Counted from the first letter of the stretch, positions 44,554 to 54,887 are shown. The stretch: DNA of 64,000 nucleotides from Acidimicrobiia bacterium (GCA_031385545.1 JANNBN010000130.1:16852-80851), one strand, 5' to 3'. The notes: generated by a model from the sequence alone, not told the origin. Made by a program: numbers and translations.

Positions 44554-45822
44554 ATGTCCAAGCCCTCCCGTTTAGCCGCTGTTGCGCTCCTCACCGCCGT
44601 CACCATTGCGGCGACCGTGCGGGCGTCGGAGCCGGCAGCCGCGCAGACCGTCGCGCCAACGGTTGCCCCAGGTGTGCCCGCTGGATTCCAGACCAGCCCG
44701 GTGCAGTTCCTCACCGCGGTCCGCCAAGGTGACAACGACGTCAAAGTGAGTTGGGTCCCACCGCAGACTGCGCTGTCCCCCATCCAGCGGTATCGGGTGG
44801 GCGTGGTCTCCGACAGTGCAGCGGCACTGCCCAACCCGTCGCTCATCATCGTCAACTCTGGCGTCACGTCGGTGACGTTCAAGAACCTGAAGGTTGGTCA
44901 TGCATACTTCTTCCAGGTGCAGCCTGAGACAGCGGTCGGTGCTGGCGCGCCGTCCGAGTTGACTGCTCCGATTGCCATCACCGACGGGTCGGAGCGCAAG
45001 CCCTTCGCCGTCACCGCTGTGTCGGTAACCATCCTCGGGCCGTCGCAGACAGCAGTGGTGTGGTCGCCTCCTCCTGCTCGCCCCAATGTGACAGTCACGA
45101 AGTACCGGGTCACGACGTTCCCGTCGAGCCGCACGATCGACGTGCCGGTTCAGATCAACAGCACTGTGCTCACCACCCTGAAGGCCGGCGTCACCTACTA
45201 CGTGCAGGTGCAGGCGGTGTCCAGCGAGGGCAAGTACTCCGACCCCGCCCTGTCCAACCCGATTTTCATCCCGCTCCCCGTACCTGCCACCGCAGCGCCC
45301 ACCGTGCCGCCCACCCCTGCGCCCACCACGCCCACCACGACAACGACAACCACACTGCCGCTCGCGCTGCCATCGCCCGTCGCCGTACCTGCGCTTGCAC
45401 CGGCATCACGCTGCACCTCACGGGTGTGGAACCCAGCACTGCTCGGGGTCCCGTCGAAGTTGCAGGCCGGCGCACCGAGCGGTGTGTACATCTGGACCGA
45501 CGGCCGTACCATCCATCTGCGTACATACAACAACTCCATAACGCCGCTTCGCTTCAGCGGAAGTGTGAGCGCAAACACGTCGATGCCGACCGGACGGTTC
45601 TACCTTGAACCCGATTCGGACTCCGTATCCGTCGGGCGGTCCGCCGTCTCGTTCTCGTTCGCTTCTGCCTACGACATCGACGCTCTGCGCTTCGACGGAC
45701 GCTGCGTCCGCTCGTTGACGTTCCGGCTGTTCGTGAACGGCGCCCCGATCAACCCGGCGCAGGTGTTCATGGGTGCGAACAGCGTGAACCCGTCGACGCC
45801 AGCGTTCGTCATCACCCGCTGA
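44554..45822 (+). CDS. Secreted protein with two fibronectin-type-III-like repeats, a Pro/Thr linker and an unknown Cys-containing C-domain
   Basis: 422 aa. Signal peptide (AVALLTAVTIAATVRA). FN3-like segments (VKVSWVPP...YRVGVV...YFFQVQP and VVWSPP...YRVTTF...YYVQVQA). Linker PTPAPTTPTTTTTTT. Confidence 0.7.
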   Translation: MSKPSRLAAVALLTAVTIAATVRASEPAAAQTVAPTVAPGVPAGFQTSPVQFLTAVRQGDNDVKVSWVPPQTALSPIQRYRVGVVSDSAAALPNPSLIIVNSGVTSVTFKNLKVGHAYFFQVQPETAVGAGAPSELTAPIAITDGSERKPFAVTAVSVTILGPSQTAVVWSPPPARPNVTVTKYRVTTFPSSRTIDVPVQINSTVLTTLKAGVTYYVQVQAVSSEGKYSDPALSNPIFIPLPVPATAAPTVPPTPAPTTPTTTTTTTLPLALPSPVAVPALAPASRCTSRVWNPALLGVPSKLQAGAPSGVYIWTDGRTIHLRTYNNSITPLRFSGSVSANTSMPTGRFYLEPDSDSVSVGRSAVSFSFASAYDIDALRFDGRCVRSLTFRLFVNGAPINPAQVFMGANSVNPSTPAFVITR

Positions 45823-45932
45823 CCCTGCTGACCAACCCGCTCGCAAGGTCCCACCGTCCGCCGCCCGACGCAACACGCAGAGTGCAAATCAGCTCTCTGA
45901 ACCCGCCGAGAGGGCTCTTGCCTGTTGCCGAA

Positions 45933-48215
45933 TCAGGTTTGCCTGTGACCGCTTTCCCTCTTCGAAGGGCGCAGCTTGCGGTGCCCTTCGTCGTGTGCAG
46001 GAAACGCGGTTCTCACTGCACGCATCACATGATCGGCCTGGTTCAAGCTGGTTCCGTCGGCTGACGTATCGAACCGCTCCTGTTCCAACAGCGCCACCAC
46101 GGATCGGATGTTTGGTTCGCGCTCAGCACCGATCCTGTCGTCGAGTGCTCCGGCGAACTCGGTCAGGGTCTGGCCGGGTGCACGGCGGTAGTCGTGGTCC
46201 TCCCCGAAGCGTTCGAGGTTTCGGATCGACAACTCGATGGGCGATGCAGGACGACGGGACTGCTTCGTGCGCTGTAGCAGCAGGCTCATTGCCCCAAGGA
46301 GAACGGCAGCAACAACCAGCGTGAGGAGGAGGCGCCGCAAGCCGCCGCCACTCTGGGAACCGGCCGCAGGCTCGGGCGGAAGCTTTGCGATCGGCACCAC
46401 CCTCGTGGGGTCTCGTTCGGCCCACCCAAACCCGGGCACGTAGTACTCCACCCACGCATGGGCGTCGCGGCCCAGGACGCTGAAGCTTCCGTCGGCGCGC
46501 ATGGTGCTGGGGAGATACCCGGTGGCCAGCCGGGCGGGGATGCCGTTCGCCCGCAGCAGCATGACGGTTGCCGTTGCGAACTGTTCGCACCATCCGGCCT
46601 TCGAATCAAACAGGAAGTCATCGACGACATCAGCGCCGGCCTTCGGGTCTTGCCGCGCCGTGTAGTCGTAGACCGTGTTCGTAGCGAGCCAGGACTCGAC
46701 GCCGGCGATCACTCCCTGAACGGATGTCTGCCCGGCAGCAAAACTTTCGGCAAGGGTTCGAGATCGGTCGGTCATTGTCGACGTATCGAAGTGCTCTGCA
46801 CGAACACCATATGCGCGCATTTCATCCTGCGACTCTGCAATGGTGCTGATCAATACCTCGGGGCCGTCGTCACGTTGCGGGTGCCGGGCCGAGATCACCG
46901 AGTACTTGCTGCCCTCGCCCATCTCTCGGTTGGTGACAACGGACTCGTCGTCCTTCAGCAGCAACCGCTGCGAGGCGAGGTCCACCTGCGCGATGCGGCT
47001 GGGTCCGAAAACCAGGTTGGTGGACCCTCTGCGCAGTTCGACGTGTGACACCAGCAGGTCAGCCGATCGGGCGGGGTCCGCGGTGGCGGAAAAGGTCGCC
47101 TCGAACGGTTCAAGGGACCGCACCACTTCGGCCGTGCTGAACCACCGCCGTCCGTCCCACGTGTCGAACGACTGACCCTTCAAGAGCTGACCGGTTGCGA
47201 ACGATGCGCCGTCGGCGAAACGGTTGCTCCCTCTCGTGACCGTGACGCGCAGGACCTCCTCGTCGCTCGTCGCACCGAAGTCGTCGATCGCGAACGAATC
47301 GGATGCACCCAGTATCCGCGACGACCCTCCGCTTCCACGCGCGCCACGGAACACCGAAGAAGCCGCGCCCAGCCCAGAGTCGCCGAGCGCTCCGCCCGTG
47401 GCCTGGGTGAGGCGGTCAGCCGTTGCATTGCTCAACCGCTGTGTGGTGGGAGACACCAGCGGTTCAAGGAGCGCAGCCAGACCGACGCACAGTGCTGTGA
47501 CGACCAGACTGGCCGTGAACCCACGCCGGCTCGGTGTGCGGAACAATCCTTCGCCGCGGCGATCGGTGACCGGGGCAGAGAAGGGAGCAGGAATATTTGG
47601 GGCGGTCGCAAGCTCGGCCAGACCCAGCCGAGCAACCGAGGCGCACGCAAGAAGGACGCAGATGACGGACAGCGCCGGGAGCCAGACCGGGATGCCGCTG
47701 CCGAACCACCATCCCTGCAGCCCCAACAGCCCCGATGACCCTATTGGCCCTGCTGGCGATGCGAGAGCCAGTGCGAGTGTGCCGGCCGAGCAGGCGATAG
47801 AGATCGTCAGTCCGGACCGCGTACCGAACAGCAGGCCGACGGCCGCAGCCGTCACCCCGACCAAGGACATCCCGTCGGACCCTGCTTTGCTGCCAAGGGC
47901 CAGCCACATGAACGGGGCCGCACCCGATGCAACCATCACAGCGTGCAACAGCAGCCACCAGCCCGTGCCGTGGCTTCCCTGCGGCTGCGCTCGGCGGTCC
48001 GCGGCGGGTCGGGCGTCGCCCGGCCGTGCCCTCCGGCTCATCGCAACGGCGAACGACATGCAGCCGACAACGATCTGCCAGGCCAACGCGCGTGGCGAGA
48101 CGCGTTCGCCGAGCACCGCGCAGGCCGTGGCGGTGACGGCTGCCAGCGATGCGGGGGCGTTGGCCCACCACGGCGTGTCGCCAAGGTCACCCACACGGGT
48201 GCGCGGTGCGCTCAT
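45933..48215 (-). CDS. Transglutaminase-domain integral membrane protein (TgpA-like)
   Basis: About 760 aa from the ATG at 48215 (ATGA overlap with the DUF58 stop). Multi-TM N-half. Core GWCEQFATATVMLLRANGIPARLATGY...DAHAWVEYY. Confidence 0.8.
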   Translation of the reverse strand: MSAPRTRVGDLGDTPWWANAPASLAAVTATACAVLGERVSPRALAWQIVVGCMSFAVAMSRRARPGDARPAADRRAQPQGSHGTGWWLLLHAVMVASGAAPFMWLALGSKAGSDGMSLVGVTAAAVGLLFGTRSGLTISIACSAGTLALALASPAGPIGSSGLLGLQGWWFGSGIPVWLPALSVICVLLACASVARLGLAELATAPNIPAPFSAPVTDRRGEGLFRTPSRRGFTASLVVTALCVGLAALLEPLVSPTTQRLSNATADRLTQATGGALGDSGLGAASSVFRGARGSGGSSRILGASDSFAIDDFGATSDEEVLRVTVTRGSNRFADGASFATGQLLKGQSFDTWDGRRWFSTAEVVRSLEPFEATFSATADPARSADLLVSHVELRRGSTNLVFGPSRIAQVDLASQRLLLKDDESVVTNREMGEGSKYSVISARHPQRDDGPEVLISTIAESQDEMRAYGVRAEHFDTSTMTDRSRTLAESFAAGQTSVQGVIAGVESWLATNTVYDYTARQDPKAGADVVDDFLFDSKAGWCEQFATATVMLLRANGIPARLATGYLPSTMRADGSFSVLGRDAHAWVEYYVPGFGWAERDPTRVVPIAKLPPEPAAGSQSGGGLRRLLLTLVVAAVLLGAMSLLLQRTKQSRRPASPIELSIRNLERFGEDHDYRRAPGQTLTEFAGALDDRIGAEREPNIRSVVALLEQERFDTSADGTSLNQADHVMRAVRTAFPAHDEGHRKLRPSKRESGHRQT

Positions 48216-49345
48216 CCGAACGTGCCCGAGTTGCCCGAGTTGCCCGAGTTGCCCGGAGTGCCCGAGTTGCCCGGAGTGCCCGGTGAAGGGTGCACCACGC
48301 CGACCGGTGGGTTTCCTCCGGCTTGTGCAGGTACCGGTGCGAGCCCGGCCGGGTGAACGGCGACGCCGCTGACGCACCACCACCCGTTGGACACCCGCAC
48401 CGTGCCGAGGTTGGGCTGGTGGTCCGTGGTTCCGATGACCCCACCGAACTGGCCCGGCTCGACCGCGGCCAACACCTCGTCGGCCTGCGTGGTTGACGTG
48501 ACGTGGACCCGTGTGCGAGCGGTTGCCAGGTCGATCCGGAACCCGTTGACGACCAACGCGTGCACAAGCCAGGTTGCCTCTGCGAGGATCGCCTCACCGC
48601 GAGCGCTGCCATCGATGTGGTCAACGATCACCGTGATGGTCTGCGAACCGCCGAGCTTCTCGAGTTGCTTCACGTGCACCGAGCCGGTGCGCGCAGTCGC
48701 GGGCCAGTGCACCGAACTGATGCGGTCGCCGCGCTCGAACGGCCTGACCAACTCCGGGCCACCCGGAACGTCACCGCCGCGGCTGGTCTCGCCGTCAGCG
48801 GCGATGCGGACCGTGTTGATGGACGCAAGCACCGATTCGATCGGTGTCAGCGGCGGCGCGACCACCAGCGGCGAGATGAGGTTGCGCAGCACCTGCCTGG
48901 TTGCGTGCAGCGGCAGGAACATCGGCCCGGTACTGATGAGGTGGAGCTGCGCCACGGTGAACACACCGCGCTGGTCCAGGACGACCGGCAACGACGTGGC
49001 CCGGCCTGGCACCAGCGGCACCCGGTTACGTCGCGATGCGCCGACCAACAGCCATCCACCGCGCGCCGCGAGATCGTCGGGTGTCGTCACGGTCCAGACC
49101 ATCACGTGTCCCACCCGCCCCAGCGGAGGCGCGGCCAACGACAGCTCGGCACGGGCTACATGTCGGTGGGCGAACGCGTAGTTGACACCCAGCGAGATGA
49201 ACAACGCGAGCAATGGCAGGGTGACGTTGAGCCCGGGCAGGGCGAGTGCCGACGTGCACAACAGCACCAGCAGTATCAAGGACGGGCGCGCCAACGGAAC
49301 AACACGTGACGAACCACCGGTTGTGTTGACGGTGGTGGCCCCCAT
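48212..49345 (-). CDS. DUF58-domain protein
   Basis: 377 aa. RPFERGDRISSVHWPATARTG motif. Sits between the MoxR and transglutaminase genes, the classic arrangement. Confidence 0.75.
   Translation of the reverse strand: MGATTVNTTGGSSRVVPLARPSLILLVLLCTSALALPGLNVTLPLLALFISLGVNYAFAHRHVARAELSLAAPPLGRVGHVMVWTVTTPDDLAARGGWLLVGASRRNRVPLVPGRATSLPVVLDQRGVFTVAQLHLISTGPMFLPLHATRQVLRNLISPLVVAPPLTPIESVLASINTVRIAADGETSRGGDVPGGPELVRPFERGDRISSVHWPATARTGSVHVKQLEKLGGSQTITVIVDHIDGSARGEAILAEATWLVHALVVNGFRIDLATARTRVHVTSTTQADEVLAAVEPGQFGGVIGTTDHQPNLGTVRVSNGWWCVSGVAVHPAGLAPVPAQAGGNPPVGVVHPSPGTPGNSGTPGNSGNSGNSGTFG
48224..48286. repeat. 9-nt tandem repeat x7 (GCCCGAGTT / GCCCGGAGT) in the last codons of the DUF58 gene
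   Basis: Encodes ...GTPGNSGTPGNSGNSGNSGT at the C-terminus. Ends 9 nt before the stop/start overlap with the transglutaminase gene. Confidence 0.85.
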
Positions 49346-49372
49346 GGCGGTTTACTGAGACTCCGACTCGGC

Positions 49373-50467
49373 TCAGGGTGCGCGGACAGTATCGGTAACG
49401 GCACCGACCCACTCGGACAGCGTTGTCAGCCGCTCGTCGCCCGGCCGCATCATCCGGTGGGCAAGAACCGCTGGAGCCGCGTGTTTGATGTCGTCGGGAA
49501 CCACGTAGGTACGACCTGCGATAGCGGCAAGTGCACGTGCCACGCCAAGCAGCGTCTGCGAAGCGCGCGGACCCAGCGTGACAGCGATTCCGGCCGAGGT
49601 ACCAGCGGCGCGGACAGCATCGACGAGATCAAGCAGATAATCGACCAACCGCGCGTCACAGTGAATGTCGGCAACGGACCGGACTGCGGCCGTGAGGTCG
49701 GCTGGAGTCGTGGTTGCGTGCATGTCAGCAACGCGGTCGGGGTCTAGTTCCACGAGGATGCTGCGCTCGGCATGGCGCGACGGGCGGCTCAGGGTGGCGA
49801 CCAATGCGAAGCGGTCTCGCTGGCCCGCAACCAGCGGATAGGTGCCGAGGTCGCCGGTGGGGTTTTGCGTGGCGATGAGGAAGAACGGATCAGGCAGCCG
49901 ATGCCGCTCGCCGTCGACACTGACCTGGCGCTCGGCCATGGCTTCGAGCAGCGCCGACTGCGCCCGCGGAGTTGCCCGGTTGATCTCGTCGAAGAGCACG
50001 ACGTGGTGCATCAGCGGGCCGGGGCGGAACGTCCAGTCGCCCGTGCGCTGGTCGAACACGTTGGCGCCGGTGATGTCCGCGGGGAGCAGGTCGGCGGTGC
50101 CCTGGATACGTGCGAAACCACCACCGCACGCGGCCACGATGGCTTTCGCCAGGGTCGTCTTTCCGACTCCGGGTGGACCTTCCAGGAGCACATGCCCACC
50201 GGCCAGCAGACCAGCCACCGTGAAGCGGATCGCCTGCGCTTGATCAACAATGACAGCGGACAGTGCGCTGGTGAGTAGTTGGGCGGTGGACGCGGCCAAC
50301 GCACCCGGTGGCTGCGTCGCTGCGAGGGTCGGAGGGTGGGTCGCCGTCGATGCGTGGGTCGCCGTCGCCGTCGCCGCTGGCGAGGCGAGCGCTGGCGGTG
50401 CGGTCGCGCTGGTCTGGTCAGGGGACGCGTTCATTCCATGTAAACGGTACTGGCCAGACAGGTCCAA
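49373..50467 (-). CDS. MoxR-family AAA+ ATPase
   Basis: 364 aa. LLEGPPGVGKTTLAKA Walker A, VVLFDEINRA Walker B. The Ala/Thr-rich N-terminal extension contains an 18-nt duplication (50336-50375). Confidence 0.9.
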   Translation of the reverse strand: MDLSGQYRLHGMNASPDQTSATAPPALASPAATATATHASTATHPPTLAATQPPGALAASTAQLLTSALSAVIVDQAQAIRFTVAGLLAGGHVLLEGPPGVGKTTLAKAIVAACGGGFARIQGTADLLPADITGANVFDQRTGDWTFRPGPLMHHVVLFDEINRATPRAQSALLEAMAERQVSVDGERHRLPDPFFLIATQNPTGDLGTYPLVAGQRDRFALVATLSRPSRHAERSILVELDPDRVADMHATTTPADLTAAVRSVADIHCDARLVDYLLDLVDAVRAAGTSAGIAVTLGPRASQTLLGVARALAAIAGRTYVVPDDIKHAAPAVLAHRMMRPGDERLTTLSEWVGAVTDTVRAP

Positions 50468-50494
50468 CAGGGACCCGGCTCTGATGACCCGTTG

Positions 50495-50935
50495 GTGAAT
50501 GCGCGTTCACCTCGGGTCTGTGGAAGACAGCCCTGTCGGATACATACCGCACGTCGAACGACATGGCCAGTTCGCTGCCTCGCCTCCCACCCTCCCGTCG
50601 GTTACCGCAATGGTGAGTTTCGGCATCGACCGGAAGTGTTCGCACACGCGGGTGAAGGCCTAGCTCGTGAGCCGGCGGAAGATCCGTCGGGAACCGGAGG
50701 GATGCGACTCACGTCGGAGTGTGCAATCCAGAAGTCGTCGAGCGCGCTGTTGACCACCACCGCGCCCACGGTCGGGTCACCCGCAGGCCCGTGCACCCAC
50801 CCGGTTCAGCTCCGCAAGCATCTGCCCATCGAACAGGTTGAACGGCGCCCGGTCGATGGTGATCGTCGCCACCCGCCCCGTCCGGTCCACCCGAAGCAAC
50901 TGAAGCTCGTCGAACCGATCCACTGGTTCAGCCAT
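50495..50935 (-). pseudogene. Frameshifted, 3'-truncated enoyl-CoA hydratase remnant
   Basis: Three consecutive minus-strand frames carry ECH-like pieces: MAEPVDRFDELQLLRVDRTGRVATITIDRAPFNLFDGQMLAELN, then DPTVGAVVVNSALDDFWIAHSDV, then ELAMSFDVRYVSDRAVFHRPEVNA. Similarity stops next to the MoxR start. Confidence 0.55.
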
Positions 50936-51006
50936 GCCCCGCAGAATAGAACAGTGCCCCGATTGGAGGCACGGGCGAGATTGCAAGCTCACCTGCCGCT
51001 GCCGCG

Positions 51007-51510
51007 CTACAAGGCCCGCAGATCAAATGACCGCCCGCGCTTGCTCTGTGCACATAGCAGCCTCACGCATTCCTCACTCTTCGAACTACCCAATCCCCAC
51101 GCCTTCGGACCACTGTCCAGCGTGAGGAGCACCGAACGCAGAACGTACGCGTCCGTGGTGAACTGAACCCATGTGTTCGTGGCAGCTGAAACACTCAGCA
51201 GAATGGCCGGTCCGCGCCTCCATGGGAAGAGGCCGAAGAAAGCGCACCTCACGGGTTCGTAAGAATTCGACTGCATCACCACGACAACAGGAAACAAGCA
51301 AATACGGATGACCACCGTAGCGACCGGAACCACTGCGGCAGCCACGATGAGTCGCAAATAGACACCGGATTGTTGCTGTGCGATCAGGAACCCACCGATT
51401 CCAAGCGGGAGAACGGACCCCGAGAGAATGACCGTCCGGAAGATTCCAAAACTCCAGATCCCTACCTGCGTTGTTCGGCGAGAATTGTCGCCCCTTGATC
51501 GACCGGCCAC
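51007..51510 (-). CDS. Hypothetical membrane protein in a lower-GC segment
   Basis: 167 aa with about 3 hydrophobic helices. Local GC is roughly 50-57% in the 60-nt lines I counted. No family recognised. Confidence 0.35.
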   Translation of the reverse strand: MAGRSRGDNSRRTTQVGIWSFGIFRTVILSGSVLPLGIGGFLIAQQQSGVYLRLIVAAAVVPVATVVIRICLFPVVVVMQSNSYEPVRCAFFGLFPWRRGPAILLSVSAATNTWVQFTTDAYVLRSVLLTLDSGPKAWGLGSSKSEECVRLLCAQSKRGRSFDLRAL

Positions 51511-51863
51511 AGTTCATTCCTCATCGGGTTCGAACAGATAGGTCAACCGTTCACGTGGGTCCACCACTTTCCGGGCGCAGTCTGGTTTGTGGCAGCATCT
51601 TTACGTCGCGATTAGCTGATCCCTGTCCGCCAGGGTGGGGGGTCCGCTCACGAGCAATGAGTGAGAACGACTGAGGATTCAGGCCTCCAGCGAACTCAAC
51701 CTGTGGCGATGTCCGATTTGGCCAGCAGCCGCAGCGGCAAAACAGAATCTCAGCCTGGTCACCGAAGCCGAAAAATTGGCCGTTGGCGCAGTCGGTTTGA
51801 AGAAGTTTTCGAATTCCTTTGGCGGCCCCGATTTCTGTCATACCCCCCGGGCAAGATGTACCC

Positions 51864-53270
51864 ATGGAGCACACGGCGCTGAGCGAGTTTTCGAGGGGTG
51901 CATCGTCCAGCGCGCCCGAAACTCCGATCGACCTCGCGACGCGCAAGCCACCTGCGTCCCCAACCACTCCGAACCATTCCCAGGTCCTCTCTGGTTGGGA
52001 GGCAATCCGTATGCACACCGACGATGTCTCCGAATGGATACCTGTCCATGCCCGCGAAGGGCTTGCGTGTCTGGAACGTTTGCAGCGCCGCATTGCTGCG
52101 ATGCAAGCAGCATTGCTGTGCCGAATCGGCTTGGACCGTGACTCGGCGGCAGGCGTAACACGCGTCACCGGTGCATCAGGTCGAGCCGCGCGTGAGTTGG
52201 TGGGTTTGGCGCAGACCGTCGGCGCTGTTCCCGAAGCCGGGAAGATGCTGGAACGTTGCGAAGTGTCCGCATCGCAAGTTCGGTCGGTGTCCGGTCTTCC
52301 CCCGAGCGACGCTCGTCAGTTGTTGGAGACCGCGCCGTCCATGAACGACGACGACTTTGCGGCTCGGGTCAACCGATTCAAGGTCGACACGCACGGCCCG
52401 TCTCGGCGCGCTCGCCAGCGCGCAATGCGCTCCGTCACGTTCTTTGCCGCCAACGAGGGATGCATAGGTATGCGCGCTGTGCTTCCCACCCTGGAAGGCG
52501 AGGAGTTACGCGGCCGACTCCGAGCCCTGTGCGACGCTCAATGGAGGGCCGACCATCCGGTCCGATCCAAACAAGTCGGCACCGGCTCCATCGAAACTCA
52601 GGCTCAACGCATGGCCGACGGACTCATGTTGCTCGCCCGTGGACTAGCCGCGGACACACTGAGCCGGCCTCCAGCACCGTCAGCCGGTGAGGCGTCCAAT
52701 GGCCCAGCATCTGGACCGGACCACAGTGGACGCCGTTCGGCACACTCGGCTTCGCAGGCGAATTCAGTTCAAGCATCTCGCGCAGCCGTGCCTGCGCCCG
52801 GCTACAGAGACCAGGGCCATTCCCCTCCACCTGGGTTCGGCCGACCGGCAGTTATCGTCACCATCGACGCAGCAACCCTTGCCGCCACCATCCAACCCAA
52901 CATACCAATCGGTCTCGAAGAGGCGCTCGACGTGTTGGCACGGGCAGATGTCTACTCGGCAATCACCAACGGCATGCAGCCGGCTCAGCTCCAGTTCGGC
53001 CGCAACAGGCGGGTGGCATCGGCCTTGCAACGCCTGGCCTTGAGCGTGCTCCAACCAACTTGTGTCACCAACGGCTGCGAAGTTCCCGCAGTGGATTGCC
53101 ATGTGCACCATCGCGTCGAGTTCGAAGCAGGCGGCACGACCGACCTCCACAACTTTGAGCACCGATGTTCGCGTTGCCACCGACACCGCCACCTGGTGAC
53201 GCGTGCCGGACAACCCCACCGTGCAGTTCGCAAATCGGGACGCGAGCCACCCCAGCGATCGGCGAGCTGA
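51864..53270 (+). CDS. DUF222/HNH endonuclease family protein (REP13E12-like)
   Basis: C-terminal HNH motif CHVHHRVEFEAGGTTDLHNFEHRCSRCHRHRH. The N-terminal region is DUF222-like. Start uncertain (51819, 51864 or a later Met). Confidence 0.8.
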   Translation: MEHTALSEFSRGASSSAPETPIDLATRKPPASPTTPNHSQVLSGWEAIRMHTDDVSEWIPVHAREGLACLERLQRRIAAMQAALLCRIGLDRDSAAGVTRVTGASGRAARELVGLAQTVGAVPEAGKMLERCEVSASQVRSVSGLPPSDARQLLETAPSMNDDDFAARVNRFKVDTHGPSRRARQRAMRSVTFFAANEGCIGMRAVLPTLEGEELRGRLRALCDAQWRADHPVRSKQVGTGSIETQAQRMADGLMLLARGLAADTLSRPPAPSAGEASNGPASGPDHSGRRSAHSASQANSVQASRAAVPAPGYRDQGHSPPPGFGRPAVIVTIDAATLAATIQPNIPIGLEEALDVLARADVYSAITNGMQPAQLQFGRNRRVASALQRLALSVLQPTCVTNGCEVPAVDCHVHHRVEFEAGGTTDLHNFEHRCSRCHRHRHLVTRAGQPHRAVRKSGREPPQRSAS

Positions 53271-53414
53271 TGCACAGGTCGGACAAGCCCTGGCTCGCAC
53301 GGCCCGCTTCAGACAGCCCTGACCCCCGCCTGACACCGGCCGAGCGACGCGCACCTTGCCGTCGGCGTAACGCGCACGACGCAATCGGACTCGAACAACC
53401 ACCGCCGTCGGCGT

Positions 53415-54887
53415 TTACGAAGCCTTTGCTGCGGCCATCACGGCGAGGAACTCGTCGCGGTCCGGCCCCAGTTTCGTCGCTGGGGGGCGCTGGTCCTTCT
53501 GGGCATGTGCGGTCATGGATGCGGTGACAACCTTCGCATCGGCCATCAGCGCAGACGGAGCGTCGAGCATGTTGAACGCTCGGAAGAATGCCCGGAACAC
53601 ATCGGCGTCGACGCGGGTCGCAGGAATTAATCCGTTCAGGATGAAGTCCCGTGTCGCGGCCGCCATGGCGTCAGGCTCGGTGCCGTCGTGGCGGGCAGTG
53701 TTCAGCTTGATGCGGTCGGCGTCCTGGCGCACGGCAAGTTGGTAGTGCGGCTTCAGTTCAGCCTGCACCGCCGCGTCCATCGCAATGGCCACCGCAACAC
53801 GGTTGCGCCCATGCTCCAGCAACGCGTTGGACAGGGCATCGGCTGCGATGCCTGCACTCGAACATCCCTTGCCGTACCACGGGTTGGTGGCGACAGCCGC
53901 GTCGCCGATCACGACGAGCCCCGTGGCGACCGGTTGCCCATCCACCACGAACCGGCGGATTCGATTCCGCAGACGCGCCATCGTTTCGACCCCGGTGATC
54001 GGCTCCGCCAGTCCTTCGGTGGTCCATGGTGCGAGCGGGGTCAACGTGCGAATCGCCGCTTCCCACGCGTGCTCGTCTCGTATCGCCATCAGTTCACGAT
54101 CGTTTGTCGGCACGCCGAACGTGATCGAGAACGTCGCGTTGTCGCCGTAGAAGCCTGCGAACGCAACGTACCCGAGGTCGCCGCCGGCCCCTTCCTTGGT
54201 CAGCAGCGGCAATTCACGCCCTTCGCTCAGCCGATAGAAGCGCGAGAGATAGATGATCCCCGCGTCGCTCTCTTCCTCGACGGGCTGCACGGCACCGCCG
54301 AGTGCGCTGATCCACTGCAGCACCGGCGAGTTACGGCCGCCGCCGACCACAACAAGGTCAGCCTCGAGCGAGGTGCCATCCTCCAACGTCACCCCTCGGA
54401 CATCGGTGCCGTCAGCCAGCAGGCCGGCCACACCGACGCCGCCGCGCCACACCACACCCGGTTCGGCAATGACAGCCGTGCGCAGCACCCACTCGATGGT
54501 GAGACGGCGGCAACACAGCAGCACCAGGTCGTCGTCGCCTGGCCTGGGTTCGCGGTCGGTGATCTCGGGCGGGAGAATCCGCTCGACGCTGAGCTCGGTC
54601 GCGCCCTGCTGCAGCAAGGCAGCAAGTACGTCGGGAGCGCGTTCACGCAGGATGCGACGCAACCGGGCAAGGAGCGCATGCGACTGACGGGCATGAGACG
54701 CACCGCGACGATCCCAGTTGTCGAACGCCTCGTCGGCAGTTGCGGGCACATCGGTGTCGTCGCGTTCGAGCACGGTGACGCGATGACCGTCTCGGGCAAG
54801 CATCAGCGCTGCGAGCAGCCCAGCCATGCCACCGCCGACGATGGCGATGTCCTGCGGGTCGTCGGCTCGTCGATTCACGTGGCTCAT
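53415..54887 (-). CDS. FAD-dependent oxidoreductase
   Basis: 490 aa. DIAIVGGGMAGLLAALMLARDGHRVTVLERD dinucleotide-binding motif. Confidence 0.75.
   Translation of the reverse strand: MSHVNRRADDPQDIAIVGGGMAGLLAALMLARDGHRVTVLERDDTDVPATADEAFDNWDRRGASHARQSHALLARLRRILRERAPDVLAALLQQGATELSVERILPPEITDREPRPGDDDLVLLCCRRLTIEWVLRTAVIAEPGVVWRGGVGVAGLLADGTDVRGVTLEDGTSLEADLVVVGGGRNSPVLQWISALGGAVQPVEEESDAGIIYLSRFYRLSEGRELPLLTKEGAGGDLGYVAFAGFYGDNATFSITFGVPTNDRELMAIRDEHAWEAAIRTLTPLAPWTTEGLAEPITGVETMARLRNRIRRFVVDGQPVATGLVVIGDAAVATNPWYGKGCSSAGIAADALSNALLEHGRNRVAVAIAMDAAVQAELKPHYQLAVRQDADRIKLNTARHDGTEPDAMAAATRDFILNGLIPATRVDADVFRAFFRAFNMLDAPSALMADAKVVTASMTAHAQKDQRPPATKLGPDRDEFLAVMAAAKAS

Noticed and set aside
51515-51545. 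A GGGTTCGAAC T-loop-like sequence as a tRNA fragment or att site at the island border.
   Set aside because: The flanking bases do not form a T-stem or acceptor stem. No second copy was found at the other border.
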